Below, in pieces: positions 21,240 through 31,512 of a stretch of DNA of 64,000 nucleotides (its first letter is position 1; each line of letters begins with the position of its first letter). The position numbers and the translations under genes were made by a program. The notes under the pieces were generated by a model. The model made no database searches and was not told the origin of the DNA. It worked only from the letters and a program-made list of their open reading frames with translations. The stretch is from Pelagomonas calceolata (Eukaryota): the NCBI GenBank assembly GCA_918797485.1, contig CAKKNE010000006.1, positions 2,976,001-3,040,000 of the forward strand. Direction: 5' to 3'.

Positions 21240-22545
21240 TCAAAACAACGTATTATTCCCCGCACTCGAAGTCTTCGCGCCACCCCCAAAAGCAGCGGCA
21301 GCAGAAATCGCCTTCAGGGACCGCCGTCGAGCAGGCTTAGGAGCGGCAACAACAGCCGGCGCAGGACTCTCCGCCTCCTTCAAAGCTTTCAATCTCGATT
21401 CCTTCTCCCGCTTCTTCTCCTCGGCCCTCTTACGAGCGAACTTATTCTCGTGGAGGATCGGCTCGCCCAATTTCAAACAGTAGATGTGGTGCATGAGCGC
21501 GTACGGCCGGTCGACGTCGCCGTGGAACTTGTCGAGCATGCAGGCCTTGCAGGCCCGGTTGTTGCACTCCATGCAGGGGATCTGGGCGCATTCGTCCTCG
21601 CCGCAGATGACGCACGTATACAACGGTTCCGGTAGTGGATAAGTAGCCTCACTTGCCAATCTTCTCTCCCTTCTATCAGGGTCCTTCAGGTCGTTGTACT
21701 CCGTTAGTGTTATTTCGTCCCTCATGTATCTTTCCTCCAGTGTTCGTTTCTTGGATCTATCGCGTTTCGCTACTAAATACTCATGATCAGGGCGTTCATG
21801 CACGGGTACTACTTGGTAGGCCTCCCTCCTTAGTTCAGATCCAGTCAAGTCCATGCACTTGCCCAAATCCTTGAGCTTGTACTTGCCGTCCAAGTATAAA
21901 TCTACGAGATGACGGGTGATCGCCGCCCTATTTTTCAATTGCGTTTTTATCGTCTTCGCCGGCCGACTATCATATATGGGATCTTCTGGGTTCAACGAGC
22001 GAGGGATCAATTTCAGCCTGCGCGGAGCATCGTATTCACTGGAAACGGTCCGAACGGCCCCAAACTCGACAAAGAGACCACCCAGCGCCTTCTCTGATCG
22101 AGACGACTCATGACAATGAAGTGAAGGCACCGCAGCACCGCGGGACGCCGAGATTTCACATGAGTCGCCGCTGGATCTTCGCGGGGATCGTCTTGAACTC
22201 GTCGTACGCTCGACTGACTTGATCTACTCTATCTATCTTGACTCGGACCGTGAACGGCGCCTCGGGCATCCGATACTCGAGGAAGTAGTAGTCCTGGCCG
22301 TACAAATTTTGAGGAGCACACGCCTGCAACAAGCGCTTGTGGAGATAACCCCCGGACCGGTCCGCTTCGATCGCTTCTTTGGTGACGCCCCGCAGGACCT
22401 TCGTCTTGCTGCTTCGCGGCTTTTGCATGCCAAAACTGATGCGCCAGTGCTGGAAGTCGGTGGTCGGGGCGCCGCCCGGTAGGGTCACCGTCTCGAGCTC
22501 CCAGAGACACCCGAGGTAGCGCTTCTTTTTCACTAAGTGGGCCAT
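21240..22545 (-). CDS. Hypothetical protein with a Cys-rich zinc-finger-like C-terminal region, 2 exons
   Basis: Intron 22018-22159 joins two ORFs (RRLM-LKLIP). Contains CVICGEDEC...CMECNNRACKAC. Confidence 0.7.
22018..22159 (-). mobile_element. Introner-like intron, family B
   Basis: Shares GGCGTCCC, GGTGCCTTCACTTC and the 3' block with the NCX introns. Confidence 0.8.
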
Positions 22546-23127
22546 TTTGGTATGCTATCGTCTCATGCTGCTCTTGGGGCGCGATGGCGCGTCCGCGTCG
22601 ACGGCGTCGCGGGCGGTGGCGCGGGCGGTGGTCCCGCGTCGGCGGGGCTGCCCCTCCCGGCTCCCGCGCGTCTATAGGCCGTCCTTGTGTGCTCCTTGCC
22701 AACGCGGCTGAGGCCCTGCCCGCACGCTTGGCTGGTAGGATACGCGTCCATGGGAGTCGTGCCGCACCGGCGGCGTGCCGGAGACGGCTGCGGGAGGTCG
22801 TGAAAATCCTAGTATCACTACCTCTAGCCATTAATCTCACTCATAGATTTGAGGGCTCTGAGCCGCCAAGTAAGGCCACCAGCGTCACCGACAGACTCGA
22901 CACGCTGTGGAAGACTTCAGAAGTGAGCTCGCCATCGATTCGCTGCGACCTTTCGGGCGGCGCGACGCCCGGATGGCTGATCAGCTCTGCTTGCTCTGAT
23001 AGAAAAACGCCGCGCCCGCCGCCGCGCACGGTCCACCGCCCCCAAAACCGCGCCGTCGCGACGCCGCCGAGGCCGCCGCAGGCCGCCGGACCCCGAAACC
23101 CCCGCGCAGACAGACCAAAAATCAACG

Positions 23128-23589
23128 ATGTCCGTCTTCGACACGAGTAAAATCCGGCGCCACAACACGCAGCTCGCCGTCGCCGAGGCGACGAAGGCCG
23201 CGGAGGACGACGCCGTCGCGCACACGGTCGTGGGCAGCGTGTCCAAGGGCGAGTGCCAGATGATCAACCGCGTGCTGCTCCACTCGACGTCGATGAAGGG
23301 CAACTTGGATGCGGTGCCCCACGCCTGCACGATGAGTGAGGAGGGCGACGCGCCCGTGCCCTACCGGCCGTCGTACATGTTCGGCTTGCTCGCGCGCCGG
23401 GCCACGAAGAACGCGCACGCCGTGCAATGGCCCGAGGGCACGATCCAGCAGCACCCGGAGGAGCACGTCACGGGCGGCGAGGTCACGCAGGGCGAGTGCG
23501 CGCGCCTGGCGAAGCACCTGTCCGAGTCGTTCGGCACGATCGGCCTCGTGCCGAAGGCGTGCCGCGGCGTGCTGGGCCGCGGGCCCTAG
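23128..23589 (+). CDS. Hypothetical protein (153 aa)
   Basis: ATG-initiated ORF with strong G/C bias at third positions. No family recognised. Confidence 0.6.
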   Translation: MSVFDTSKIRRHNTQLAVAEATKAAEDDAVAHTVVGSVSKGECQMINRVLLHSTSMKGNLDAVPHACTMSEEGDAPVPYRPSYMFGLLARRATKNAHAVQWPEGTIQQHPEEHVTGGEVTQGECARLAKHLSESFGTIGLVPKACRGVLGRGP

Positions 23590-24001
23590 ACCTCCCCCGC
23601 CCCCTACTGAAGTAACATCTAACACATACCTAGACTTGCTTGCCGGCGCGCGTTCCGCGGCCGCACATCACCGAATCCAACTCCCAGCCGACATACGCCT
23701 CTAGACTGCTCCAGAACGCCCCTGGGCGCCCGAAACGCGTTGCGCGTCCACCTCAAATCAAGAAGCTTCTCACGGGTTCACACAGAGCCCAAAACAAGCA
23801 GTGTATCGATACAGGAGCCGCGAAGCGCCAAGTACGGCGCAAGTTGTTCTGCGTGACGCCGAACACCAGCCCTCCAACCTCGAGCGCGCTGCTCCCGCTG
23901 CTGATACGCCGCACTCCTCAAATTAACTGAGAGGCTGCCAAGGCAGCCAAAACCAACCAACCAAAACCAACCAACCAAAACAACAAAAGCAAGACAAGAC
24001 A

Positions 24002-25822
24002 ATGGCGTTCTTCGCCGCGATGGACGCCCAGCTCCCGACCCACACGCGCGGCGAGAACAATTCCTTAGAGCTCACGGCCGAGGGCGTCGGCCAGCCGCGC
24101 GTCGCCCTCTTCGCCGCGCTGGTGCGCAACTGCCCGAACGACCGCATTACATCATTGGTCGACGCCGTCGTCAAGGAACGTTGTGAAACGGTGCAAAATC
24201 TCGTTGATTTAGTCGTGCTCACGATGCAGACGCGCGACTGCCGGGGCGGCAAGGGCGAGCGCGACCTGTTCCAGCGCCTGTTCTGGGAGCTTTTGGCGTT
24301 GTGGCCGGACGTAGCCATCAAGCTCATCCCGCTCCTCCCCGAGTACGGCTCGTATAGGGATTTACCCGCTTTATGGCACGCCGTATCAAATCCAGACGCT
24401 GAAACAGCACCTCCATCAAAAGCGCGCGGGCAGGGGCGCCTGCGGAAGGTCAAAAATGCTCTGGAAGACGTTTACGTAGAACAGCTCCGCAAGGACCTTG
24501 ATTCAGGAAAACCGTCCCTCGCGGCGAAGTACGCGCCGCGCGAGAAGAAGCAGTTCGCTCCCTTCGGCGCCGCCGTCGCTTCTAAACTTTTTCCCGGCGG
24601 CAATGCTAAGGCAGAATACAGGAAGGCGATGGCTCGTTTAACCTCAAAACTGGACGTCCCAGAGGTAAAAATGTGCGGCAAGCGCTGGGCGGAGATCGAT
24701 GTCGCTGCGGTGCCGTCGCGGTGCCTCGCGAAGTCGCGGCGAGGCTTTTTGAACGAGAAATTGAGCAGAGATCGACCGCTGACGGTCGACGAGGATCGAA
24801 CCGGAGATAGGCACCCCGACGATGAGGATCGCGTGACGTGTCGACAGCATGTGCGGGAGGCGGTCCTCGCCTCCGATAAGATTAAGGGCAAGCAGTGCTT
24901 CCCGCACGAGTTGGTGCGGCGCGTGATCGGGGGAAGACACGCGTCGACGCTCGAAGACGACCTCGTGAATGCGCAGTGGGCCACCATGAAGAGAGATGTG
25001 GTAGAGCAGATCGCCTCCACAGGAACGAAGAGAGGCGCGCTCACGGCCCTCGTCGATGTTTCGGGCTCGATGAGCGGCGTGCCGATGGAGGTATCCATCG
25101 CGCTCGGGTTATTGGTGTCTGATTTAGCCGACGAGCCCTTCCGGCACCGGGTATTGACCTTCGAGTCGCAGCCGCGGTGGCACAAGATCCCAGCCACCTC
25201 GTCACCGGTCGAGCAGATCCGCAACTTGTCACGCGCTCCTTGGGGCGGTTCCACGAACTTCGCGGCGGCGATGGACCTGCTGTTGGCGGCCTGCGTCGAC
25301 GGACACGTGCAGGCTGAAGATGTACCTGATTTGATCGTCTTCAGCGACATGCAGTTCGACGCGGCCAACGGCCCGGGGTGGGAGACGCACCACGAGCGGT
25401 TATCAAGGGAATGGGCGTCAAAGGGCTACGAGCTGCCGACGATCACGTACTGGAACCTGCGGGGCGATACTAAGGGAGGGTTCGCGGCGGAAGCTTCGTG
25501 TCCCGGTGTCCGGCTGCTCTCGGGCTTCTCGCCCGCGCTGCTCAAGTTGGTGCTCACGGGCGAGGAGGCCGACGAGGATGAAGTTGAGACCGTCGACGGC
25601 GTGACCAAGGCGCGGCCAACTCCCTACCAGACGATGCGCCGGGCGCTCGACGCGCCGCGCTACGACGCCGTCCGGACGATGCTGTCTGAGTTTGATGGGG
25701 CGCCGTTCGCGGATTATACGTTCACGCCGGCGGAGGACTCCGACTTCGTCGTCGTGCCTCAGCCTTCAAGGACTCCTTCCGAGGCCAACGCCCTCCTTTC
25801 GCCGGCGTACCATTTTTTCTAA
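24002..25822 (+). CDS. DUF2828-family protein (TROVE-like region plus VWA)
   Basis: RDCRGGKGER, EYGSYRDL, SLAAKYAPRE, MIDAS DVSGSM, WGGSTNF, FSDMQFD, YWNLRG, LSGFSPALLK. Confidence 0.85.
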   Translation: MAFFAAMDAQLPTHTRGENNSLELTAEGVGQPRVALFAALVRNCPNDRITSLVDAVVKERCETVQNLVDLVVLTMQTRDCRGGKGERDLFQRLFWELLALWPDVAIKLIPLLPEYGSYRDLPALWHAVSNPDAETAPPSKARGQGRLRKVKNALEDVYVEQLRKDLDSGKPSLAAKYAPREKKQFAPFGAAVASKLFPGGNAKAEYRKAMARLTSKLDVPEVKMCGKRWAEIDVAAVPSRCLAKSRRGFLNEKLSRDRPLTVDEDRTGDRHPDDEDRVTCRQHVREAVLASDKIKGKQCFPHELVRRVIGGRHASTLEDDLVNAQWATMKRDVVEQIASTGTKRGALTALVDVSGSMSGVPMEVSIALGLLVSDLADEPFRHRVLTFESQPRWHKIPATSSPVEQIRNLSRAPWGGSTNFAAAMDLLLAACVDGHVQAEDVPDLIVFSDMQFDAANGPGWETHHERLSREWASKGYELPTITYWNLRGDTKGGFAAEASCPGVRLLSGFSPALLKLVLTGEEADEDEVETVDGVTKARPTPYQTMRRALDAPRYDAVRTMLSEFDGAPFADYTFTPAEDSDFVVVPQPSRTPSEANALLSPAYHFF

Positions 25823-25944
25823 CAAACTTTCAAGAAAACTCTGTGCTAGGACTAGTGGGGGGAGACACGCGCGTCGCCGACTCATCGGCGGCGTGAGTGG
25901 GTCCTTTTCAGGCTCAGGCTAGTTACGTCGCAGGGTACCCTAAT

Positions 25945-25968
25945 TGTTACGGTGCTAGAACTAGTGGG
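25945..25968 (+). promoter_or_regulatory. Motif B, (TTGTTAC)GGTGCTAG(R)ACTAGTGG
   Basis: Also at ~6557-6578 (+), ~25843-25858 (+), ~17405-17421 (-) and ~46321-46347 (-). Confidence 0.55.
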
Positions 25969-26272
25969 CGGAGCTCCTTGGGTCCCCTTTTTTTGCTAGT
26001 ATCTTACTGCACCGCTAGCTCGCACTTGACTTTGCTCCAGTCCCAGGCTGCACGGCGCATAGGTACCTCTGAGCGCTCCTATTACAAAGAAGGACACACG
26101 ACAGCATAAGCCGTCAGAACCTTGCAGCTCTCCACCCATAAGGCCGCTCGCTGCAGCTTTTGCGCATCTCGCTGACAACGCTGTGTGCGCAACGCGAAGC
26201 CGACGCTAACACTGTCCAGCGCTCGCCGCCGACGCGAGACGCCAACGCAGCCCAGCGCTCGCTACCGTGACC

Positions 26273-26824
26273 ATGCGGCGCCTCCTCGCCCTCATCACCA
26301 CAGCACACGCAATAAGACTGAAGCAGCTCAACCCGCTATCTTACATATGGAGGGAGGAACCCTACTTGATCGAGTTCCACGCCGCGGGAGCCGACCAGTG
26401 CGACGAAATGAAGCCCGCCATGAGCGCCGTTGAGAAAGAGCTGGGAACTAGAATACTAAAATGGGACGTCTGGTCCGACCCCGCCGCTTATAAATTGATG
26501 CAGTTTCTGGACAAGGGTCCGGACGGGAGAAGTAAGTGCGGCGGCCTGCCCTTCTTTTATAATAGAAAGACGGGCAAGATCGTGTGTGGCGCCACCACCG
26601 AAAAGAACCTCATGAACTGGGCGACCGGCCTGAAGCACGAGATGGTGTTATCTCCACCACCTTCCGCGGAGCAGAAGCGCGTCCAGCAGCGCGTGACGGG
26701 CCGGGAAGCGCGTATTGCTCGGCAAGCTTTCGAGCGGAAGAAGAAGCTCGTGGCGGAGATGCAGGCGAAGAAGAGAGCTAGGGGGGCGGCGCCGGCCGCG
26801 GCGCCGACAGCGGCCGCGCAGTAA
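26273..26824 (+). CDS. Thioredoxin-fold protein with signal peptide and an atypical active site
   Basis: IEFHAAGADQCDEMKP, DVW, CGGLPFFYNRKTGKIVCGAT. Confidence 0.7.
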   Translation: MRRLLALITTAHAIRLKQLNPLSYIWREEPYLIEFHAAGADQCDEMKPAMSAVEKELGTRILKWDVWSDPAAYKLMQFLDKGPDGRSKCGGLPFFYNRKTGKIVCGATTEKNLMNWATGLKHEMVLSPPPSAEQKRVQQRVTGREARIARQAFERKKKLVAEMQAKKRARGAAPAAAPTAAAQ

Positions 26825-27116
26825 CCTGAAGTACTCTACTATGTCTCGTTTGTTTAGGAAAGTCGAAAAGATCTGCTCAGGAGGCTTTCAAGTTGCTTAG
26901 AGCTGGCCGTCTAGCCACCCGGTCGTTGCGAGGCTTGACCGCACGCCCGCCCCCGGCCCCCCATACGCCGTCGCCCCGAGTGTTAGCTCGGAGGCGGCGA
27001 CGGCGAGGGAAGCAGACCGGACACCATCCCAGGGCAGCGACACTTGCAGCGACGGTGGCGCGGGGTAGAACTAAACGAGACGATAGGCAAGACTCCTCTT
27101 ACGCCAAGGAACCCCT

Positions 27117-28841
27117 CTACAACCCCATGTCGTCGAACCCCGCGACCTGGTGCACGCGCGCGAGGTCCGCCTTCAATTCCACCGGAACCAGCCACCCCCG
27201 CACGCCGCCACCCCCGGCTTCCAGCAGAGGCACGGGCTTCTCCAGCCGAAGGGCCCCCTGGCCGTCGATCTTGTCGTCCTTGAACCGCCCCTCGTAGTTG
27301 GCACCGTTGGGCCACTTCACCGCGCCCCGGCCTTCCCGCTTGCCCGCGCGCCACGTCCCTTCGTACACGCTCCCGTCCGGCGAGATGCACTCGCCCCGCC
27401 CTTCAAATCTATCCTCGACCCAGGTGCCCCGGTAGGAAGTCCCTTCCGGCAGGTCCAAGGTACCCTTGCCATGTCTACTATCCCGGACCCACTCGCCGTC
27501 GTACACGGAACCATCGGGCAGCTCGAACCGCCCGCGCCCGTGGCGCTTGTTGTCCTTCCAGTCGCCCACATAAAAACCGCCTCTCGGGCTTCGATATTCG
27601 CCCCGGCCATGGCGCGCGTTCTCCCGGAAGTCGCCCCGATACGTAGCACCATTGGGTAAGTAACAGATGCCTCTCCCATGGAGTCGGCCGTCCGTAAACT
27701 CGCCGTCGTACAGCACCGTGCGATCCTTCGCTAATAAAACACCTCTCCCGTGCTCCCGGCCGTGGCGCCACTCGCCCTCATAGATTCTGTGTTCGTGTGC
27801 TAAGTAGACCACAACGCCAAGCCCGTGCCTCAGACCCGTCTCCGCCGCCACTTCGCCACAGTACACCTCATCGGACGCGTGGTCATGGTACGCCGCCCGC
27901 CACTCGATCGTCTGCTGCGCCGGCTGCGGGCCGGAATAAGCCACATCGTCACTACTATCACTCTCGTGGCCTTCTGCCCTTCTTTTAGCCCTTCGAATCG
28001 CGTCGCGCTCCCTCCTGCGTTTGCGTTTGAGCTCGCGCTCCGCATCACCTTCTTCGTCCGAAGAACTTTCCGCGCCGCGTCTCCGAGACGGCTCCGCGGA
28101 GTTGTCGAAGACGTGCGTGGATTTTCTTTCTCTTGTAGAAGATCGAGGCGGCGCCACGAGCGGCACGGAGACCATGCGCCGCGGCGCGGCCTGGACCTTG
28201 CGCTTCGGGGCCGCGGCATACGATCGTTCCAACCGCAAGCGACCGTCATCGAACACGGCCCCGCGCAAATGGAACTTGCCGTAGGAATTGATGCCCACAC
28301 CTCTAGCTGTGTGCAGCGCGGTAGCCTCTTTATCAAAAAACGCGTTGCCATCTTCACAACTAGTCCACTCCTCCGATGCTCTCCATAAAGCAAACGACTC
28401 CGCCACAGGGGCGTCCCTCCCATGCCTTCGCAAGACGAACGAACCCTCATAAAAACCCTCCCAGGGCTCCCGCGGCGACGCGCGCCCGGCGTCCGCCGCG
28501 TCCAGCGCTTGCTCAACAGCTCTATCTGCATCTGCTTTCAAAGCAGCATTGGCCGCGGACGCCGCCCTCGCGGCGTCCGTCGCGGGGTGCCTTTGGGGAG
28601 CTTTCTTCTTCTTCTTCTGGTCCGGGACTTTGACGTAGACGTCGGCGGGCGTCGCCGCGCGCGTTCTCTCATAAGAAAAAGGTAACTCAACCCCTTTGGC
28701 GCCCATCGCCGTGCTCCGCGCGTAGGCCCAGGTGCCCGTGACTTTTACGGGGGTGGCGTCCGTGTCGAGGTCGCCGGCGAGCTGGACGTGGGCCGCGCGC
28801 GGGACGAAGTCTGTGGGCGGTGTTGCCGTGGCGGCGTCCAT
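27117..28841 (-). CDS. MORN-repeat protein
   Basis: About 9 YxGxWxxxxRHGxG repeats at the C-terminus, with a basic NLS-like stretch upstream. Confidence 0.85.
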   Translation of the reverse strand: MDAATATPPTDFVPRAAHVQLAGDLDTDATPVKVTGTWAYARSTAMGAKGVELPFSYERTRAATPADVYVKVPDQKKKKKAPQRHPATDAARAASAANAALKADADRAVEQALDAADAGRASPREPWEGFYEGSFVLRRHGRDAPVAESFALWRASEEWTSCEDGNAFFDKEATALHTARGVGINSYGKFHLRGAVFDDGRLRLERSYAAAPKRKVQAAPRRMVSVPLVAPPRSSTRERKSTHVFDNSAEPSRRRGAESSSDEEGDAERELKRKRRRERDAIRRAKRRAEGHESDSSDDVAYSGPQPAQQTIEWRAAYHDHASDEVYCGEVAAETGLRHGLGVVVYLAHEHRIYEGEWRHGREHGRGVLLAKDRTVLYDGEFTDGRLHGRGICYLPNGATYRGDFRENARHGRGEYRSPRGGFYVGDWKDNKRHGRGRFELPDGSVYDGEWVRDSRHGKGTLDLPEGTSYRGTWVEDRFEGRGECISPDGSVYEGTWRAGKREGRGAVKWPNGANYEGRFKDDKIDGQGALRLEKPVPLLEAGGGGVRGWLVPVELKADLARVHQVAGFDDMGL

Positions 28842-29259
28842 TTTGTTTTGTGTGCGGGTCGCTCGGGCGCGCGGGTCGCTCGCTGGCGTCCGCGGCGGCT
28901 GGCGTGCGGCGCCGGCGTCCGCGGCGGTGACTGTGACCGCGGCGGTGGCTGGCGTCCGCGGCGCAGGCGACACAGAGGCCGAAACCTCCGATCTGACCAA
29001 TCGGCCTGTTGCTGTTCCTGCAGCGCTCGACGGCGTGCTCCGCGGCTCCAGTCGACGCAAGGCACAGCTGACGTCGTACTGGAGCGGTACTAGGTCCAGC
29101 AAAGAGCTAAAAGGTGCCTGGCGATGGCACCAAGTGGAGCCTCTCTCGACTTTAGCGGATCCGAACTAGCGTTGACACACTAGCAATAACCAAAACGTCG
29201 ATTAACGCCGTCGACGCGCCCCTTCAGATCCAGAAAACGACTACTTACGCGCCAAAGGA

Positions 29260-31104
29260 CTAGGCGTCCACCGTCGCCTCATCATCATCATCATCCCCGG
29301 ACGACTCGCCCGCGCCGTGATCATACAACTCGAGGTGCTGCAGCAGCTTCTCCAGAGCCACGCCCTTATCATCCGCGAAGTGTCGCAGGTACATATCTAA
29401 ATCGGAAATGTCGCCGCACGCCATACCTTTAAACACCTCGAGCAGTTTCTCCACCGCGACCTGCTTCCCGCCGCCGCACTTCTCGACCAGTAATGCACAT
29501 AAATCCCCGACGGTCTCCAAGCCAAGCGCCTCCGCATGCGTGAGTAGATCCTGCCTCAAAGACCTACCAGCCGCCAAGGACCGATGCTCCTCCTCCGCCC
29601 CGGGCCAGAGCAGCAATTTCCACAACAACTCCCCAACGTCTACAAGACCATCTTCGGACACGGACACGTCGTCGTCGTCCTCGGCAGACAGTTCAAAGCA
29701 CTTGACGAAGGCCAAGACCTCGCTTTCTTCATCGTCGTCGTCTGTCGAATCGATGGCGACACCGAGGCCTTGCTTCACGACTGCCGAGAATTCGTCGACG
29801 CTCATCTTCTTCGGGTGACCCTCGTCGTCCGCGAACAACTGACACAGCGCCTCTTTCGTTTTGATACCTACACCCGCTGCCCCTGAACACAGTAATGACC
29901 TTAGCTTGTCCGCGAGCTCGTGCCAGCGCTCCGCTTCCTCCACTCCTGGCCACAACCGTAGATCATGCAACAAATGCGCCGCGTCCACGCTCCCGTCATC
30001 ATTCGCATAAGCAGCCCGGATCAACTCGCGCGCTTGCGGCGCGTTCTCCGAACTCAGACCGTCATCGAGCAGCTCCACGGCGGACCAGAACTCGCCGGCA
30101 TCCACAGCATCGCCTTCCGGTGTGACACCGTTCGAAACCATCTCCGCGAGATTTCGCGCCATCGGAGCTAACTTCGCGAGGTCTACGGAACCGTCGTCGG
30201 ACGTCGCGTCTCTTGCCCTTACGAGCCAAGCACACAGCTCTTCTTTCGTCGCCATGCCCCGCTGCGTCGCACCCTCGCAGAGCTTGTCGTGCAAATGGGC
30301 TAGTATTGTTTGTTCTTCCGCCTCCGGGGTCAGTTGTAAATAGTCCAACAGTCCGAGCACATCGATGGGTTCCCCATCACTCGACATCTCGTTCTCGTTC
30401 GCGAAGTGGCCCGCGATCCACAATGTGGACGGGTCCTTGGCGTCGACCTTCAGCTCTGTGAGTAGTTGATCAAAATATTTCCGAGGGACCACTTTTTCCC
30501 CACTGGTTGATTGAATAGCATGCTTCGTGAACAGTTCCACCAATTCGGCCTTCGTCTCGATGTTCAGTGCCGTCGCGCCTTCGAGGATGGCGTCGCGGAA
30601 CTTGTACACTTTATCTATATCTTGTTCGCCCTGCGCCACGGCCTCCTCCTTCACGGTCGTAACACCCGCGGCAGTGATGGCGGCGGCGACCTCGCCCTTC
30701 TCGGCTATTGATGCGGGCGGGGGCGGCGGCGCGTCGGGCGACACCTTCTGCTTGCTGCTGCCGGGCGGCGGCGGTGGGAGATTTTCCACACTGTCCATGG
30801 GTCCGCCGGGCATATGGGATGGGCTGCCGCCTGTTTTTGCTGGCTCTGCTGGAGGGCTGCCCGCCTCGGTTGCTGGGGCTGCTGCCGCGCTCGCGGGCGC
30901 CGGTGTTTGTCTGGCGGCTCGAGCGTCGACGGTCGAGTCGACAACTGCCTCTTGACGGGGGCGGCGCGGGCGAACCTGTTTGCGGGCTGCCGGCGTCCAT
31001 AAACTTTGAAATAAATTCTCGTTCTGGAACCGATCGGACGCGTCGCCGGGGGCGCGGCGAGGCGTTCCTCGGACGGCGTGGGGGCGCCGCGAGGGCGCGT
31101 TCAT
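29260..31104 (-). CDS. Acidic hypothetical protein with repeated EF-hand-like helical units
   Basis: Repeated LC.GA...G..TKE.L...DG.VD...LL..L.LWP units. The start codon is uncertain. Confidence 0.65.
   Translation of the reverse strand: MNAPSRRPHAVRGTPRRAPGDASDRFQNENLFQSLWTPAARKQVRPRRPRQEAVVDSTVDARAARQTPAPASAAAAPATEAGSPPAEPAKTGGSPSHMPGGPMDSVENLPPPPPGSSKQKVSPDAPPPPPASIAEKGEVAAAITAAGVTTVKEEAVAQGEQDIDKVYKFRDAILEGATALNIETKAELVELFTKHAIQSTSGEKVVPRKYFDQLLTELKVDAKDPSTLWIAGHFANENEMSSDGEPIDVLGLLDYLQLTPEAEEQTILAHLHDKLCEGATQRGMATKEELCAWLVRARDATSDDGSVDLAKLAPMARNLAEMVSNGVTPEGDAVDAGEFWSAVELLDDGLSSENAPQARELIRAAYANDDGSVDAAHLLHDLRLWPGVEEAERWHELADKLRSLLCSGAAGVGIKTKEALCQLFADDEGHPKKMSVDEFSAVVKQGLGVAIDSTDDDDEESEVLAFVKCFELSAEDDDDVSVSEDGLVDVGELLWKLLLWPGAEEEHRSLAAGRSLRQDLLTHAEALGLETVGDLCALLVEKCGGGKQVAVEKLLEVFKGMACGDISDLDMYLRHFADDKGVALEKLLQHLELYDHGAGESSGDDDDDEATVDA
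30775..31002 (+). repeat. Direct repeat copy 1 (within CDS)
   Basis: Matches 31229-31455 apart from one extra T in a T run. Confidence 0.95.
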
Positions 31105-31228
31105 GAACGTGCGGGCTCCTAGTGGCTGCTCAAAAACCGATGCTCTCCCTGCTGCTACTAGGGCTTGCAAATCAGCCGGGAGGTGGGCAAGCGGACCAAG
31201 GGCAGCGTCTCGGACCACCCGACCTCAA

Positions 31229-31455
31229 TGGGAGATTTTCCACACTGTCCATGGGTCCGCCGGGCATATGGGATGGGCTGCCGCCTGTTTTGCTGGCTCT
31301 GCTGGAGGGCTGCCCGCCTCGGTTGCTGGGGCTGCTGCCGCGCTCGCGGGCGCCGGTGTTTGTCTGGCGGCTCGAGCGTCGACGGTCGAGTCGACAACTG
31401 CCTCTTGACGGGGGCGGCGCGGGCGAACCTGTTTGCGGGCTGCCGGCGTCCATAA
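31229..31455 (+). repeat. Direct repeat copy 2 (intergenic copy of a coding fragment)
   Basis: Copy of 30775-31002, bracketed by GACCTCAAT at 31221-31229 and 31497-31505. Confidence 0.95.
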
Positions 31456-31512
31456 GTCGGTGGCGCTCCTCGCGTGCCACCGTGTCCCGTCGACGTGACC
31501 TCAATCGTGCCA

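Noticed and set aside
23945..24001. AACC/AAC-rich run before ATG 24002
   Set aside because: Low-complexity A/C-rich leader like other 5' UTRs here, and not a telomeric array.
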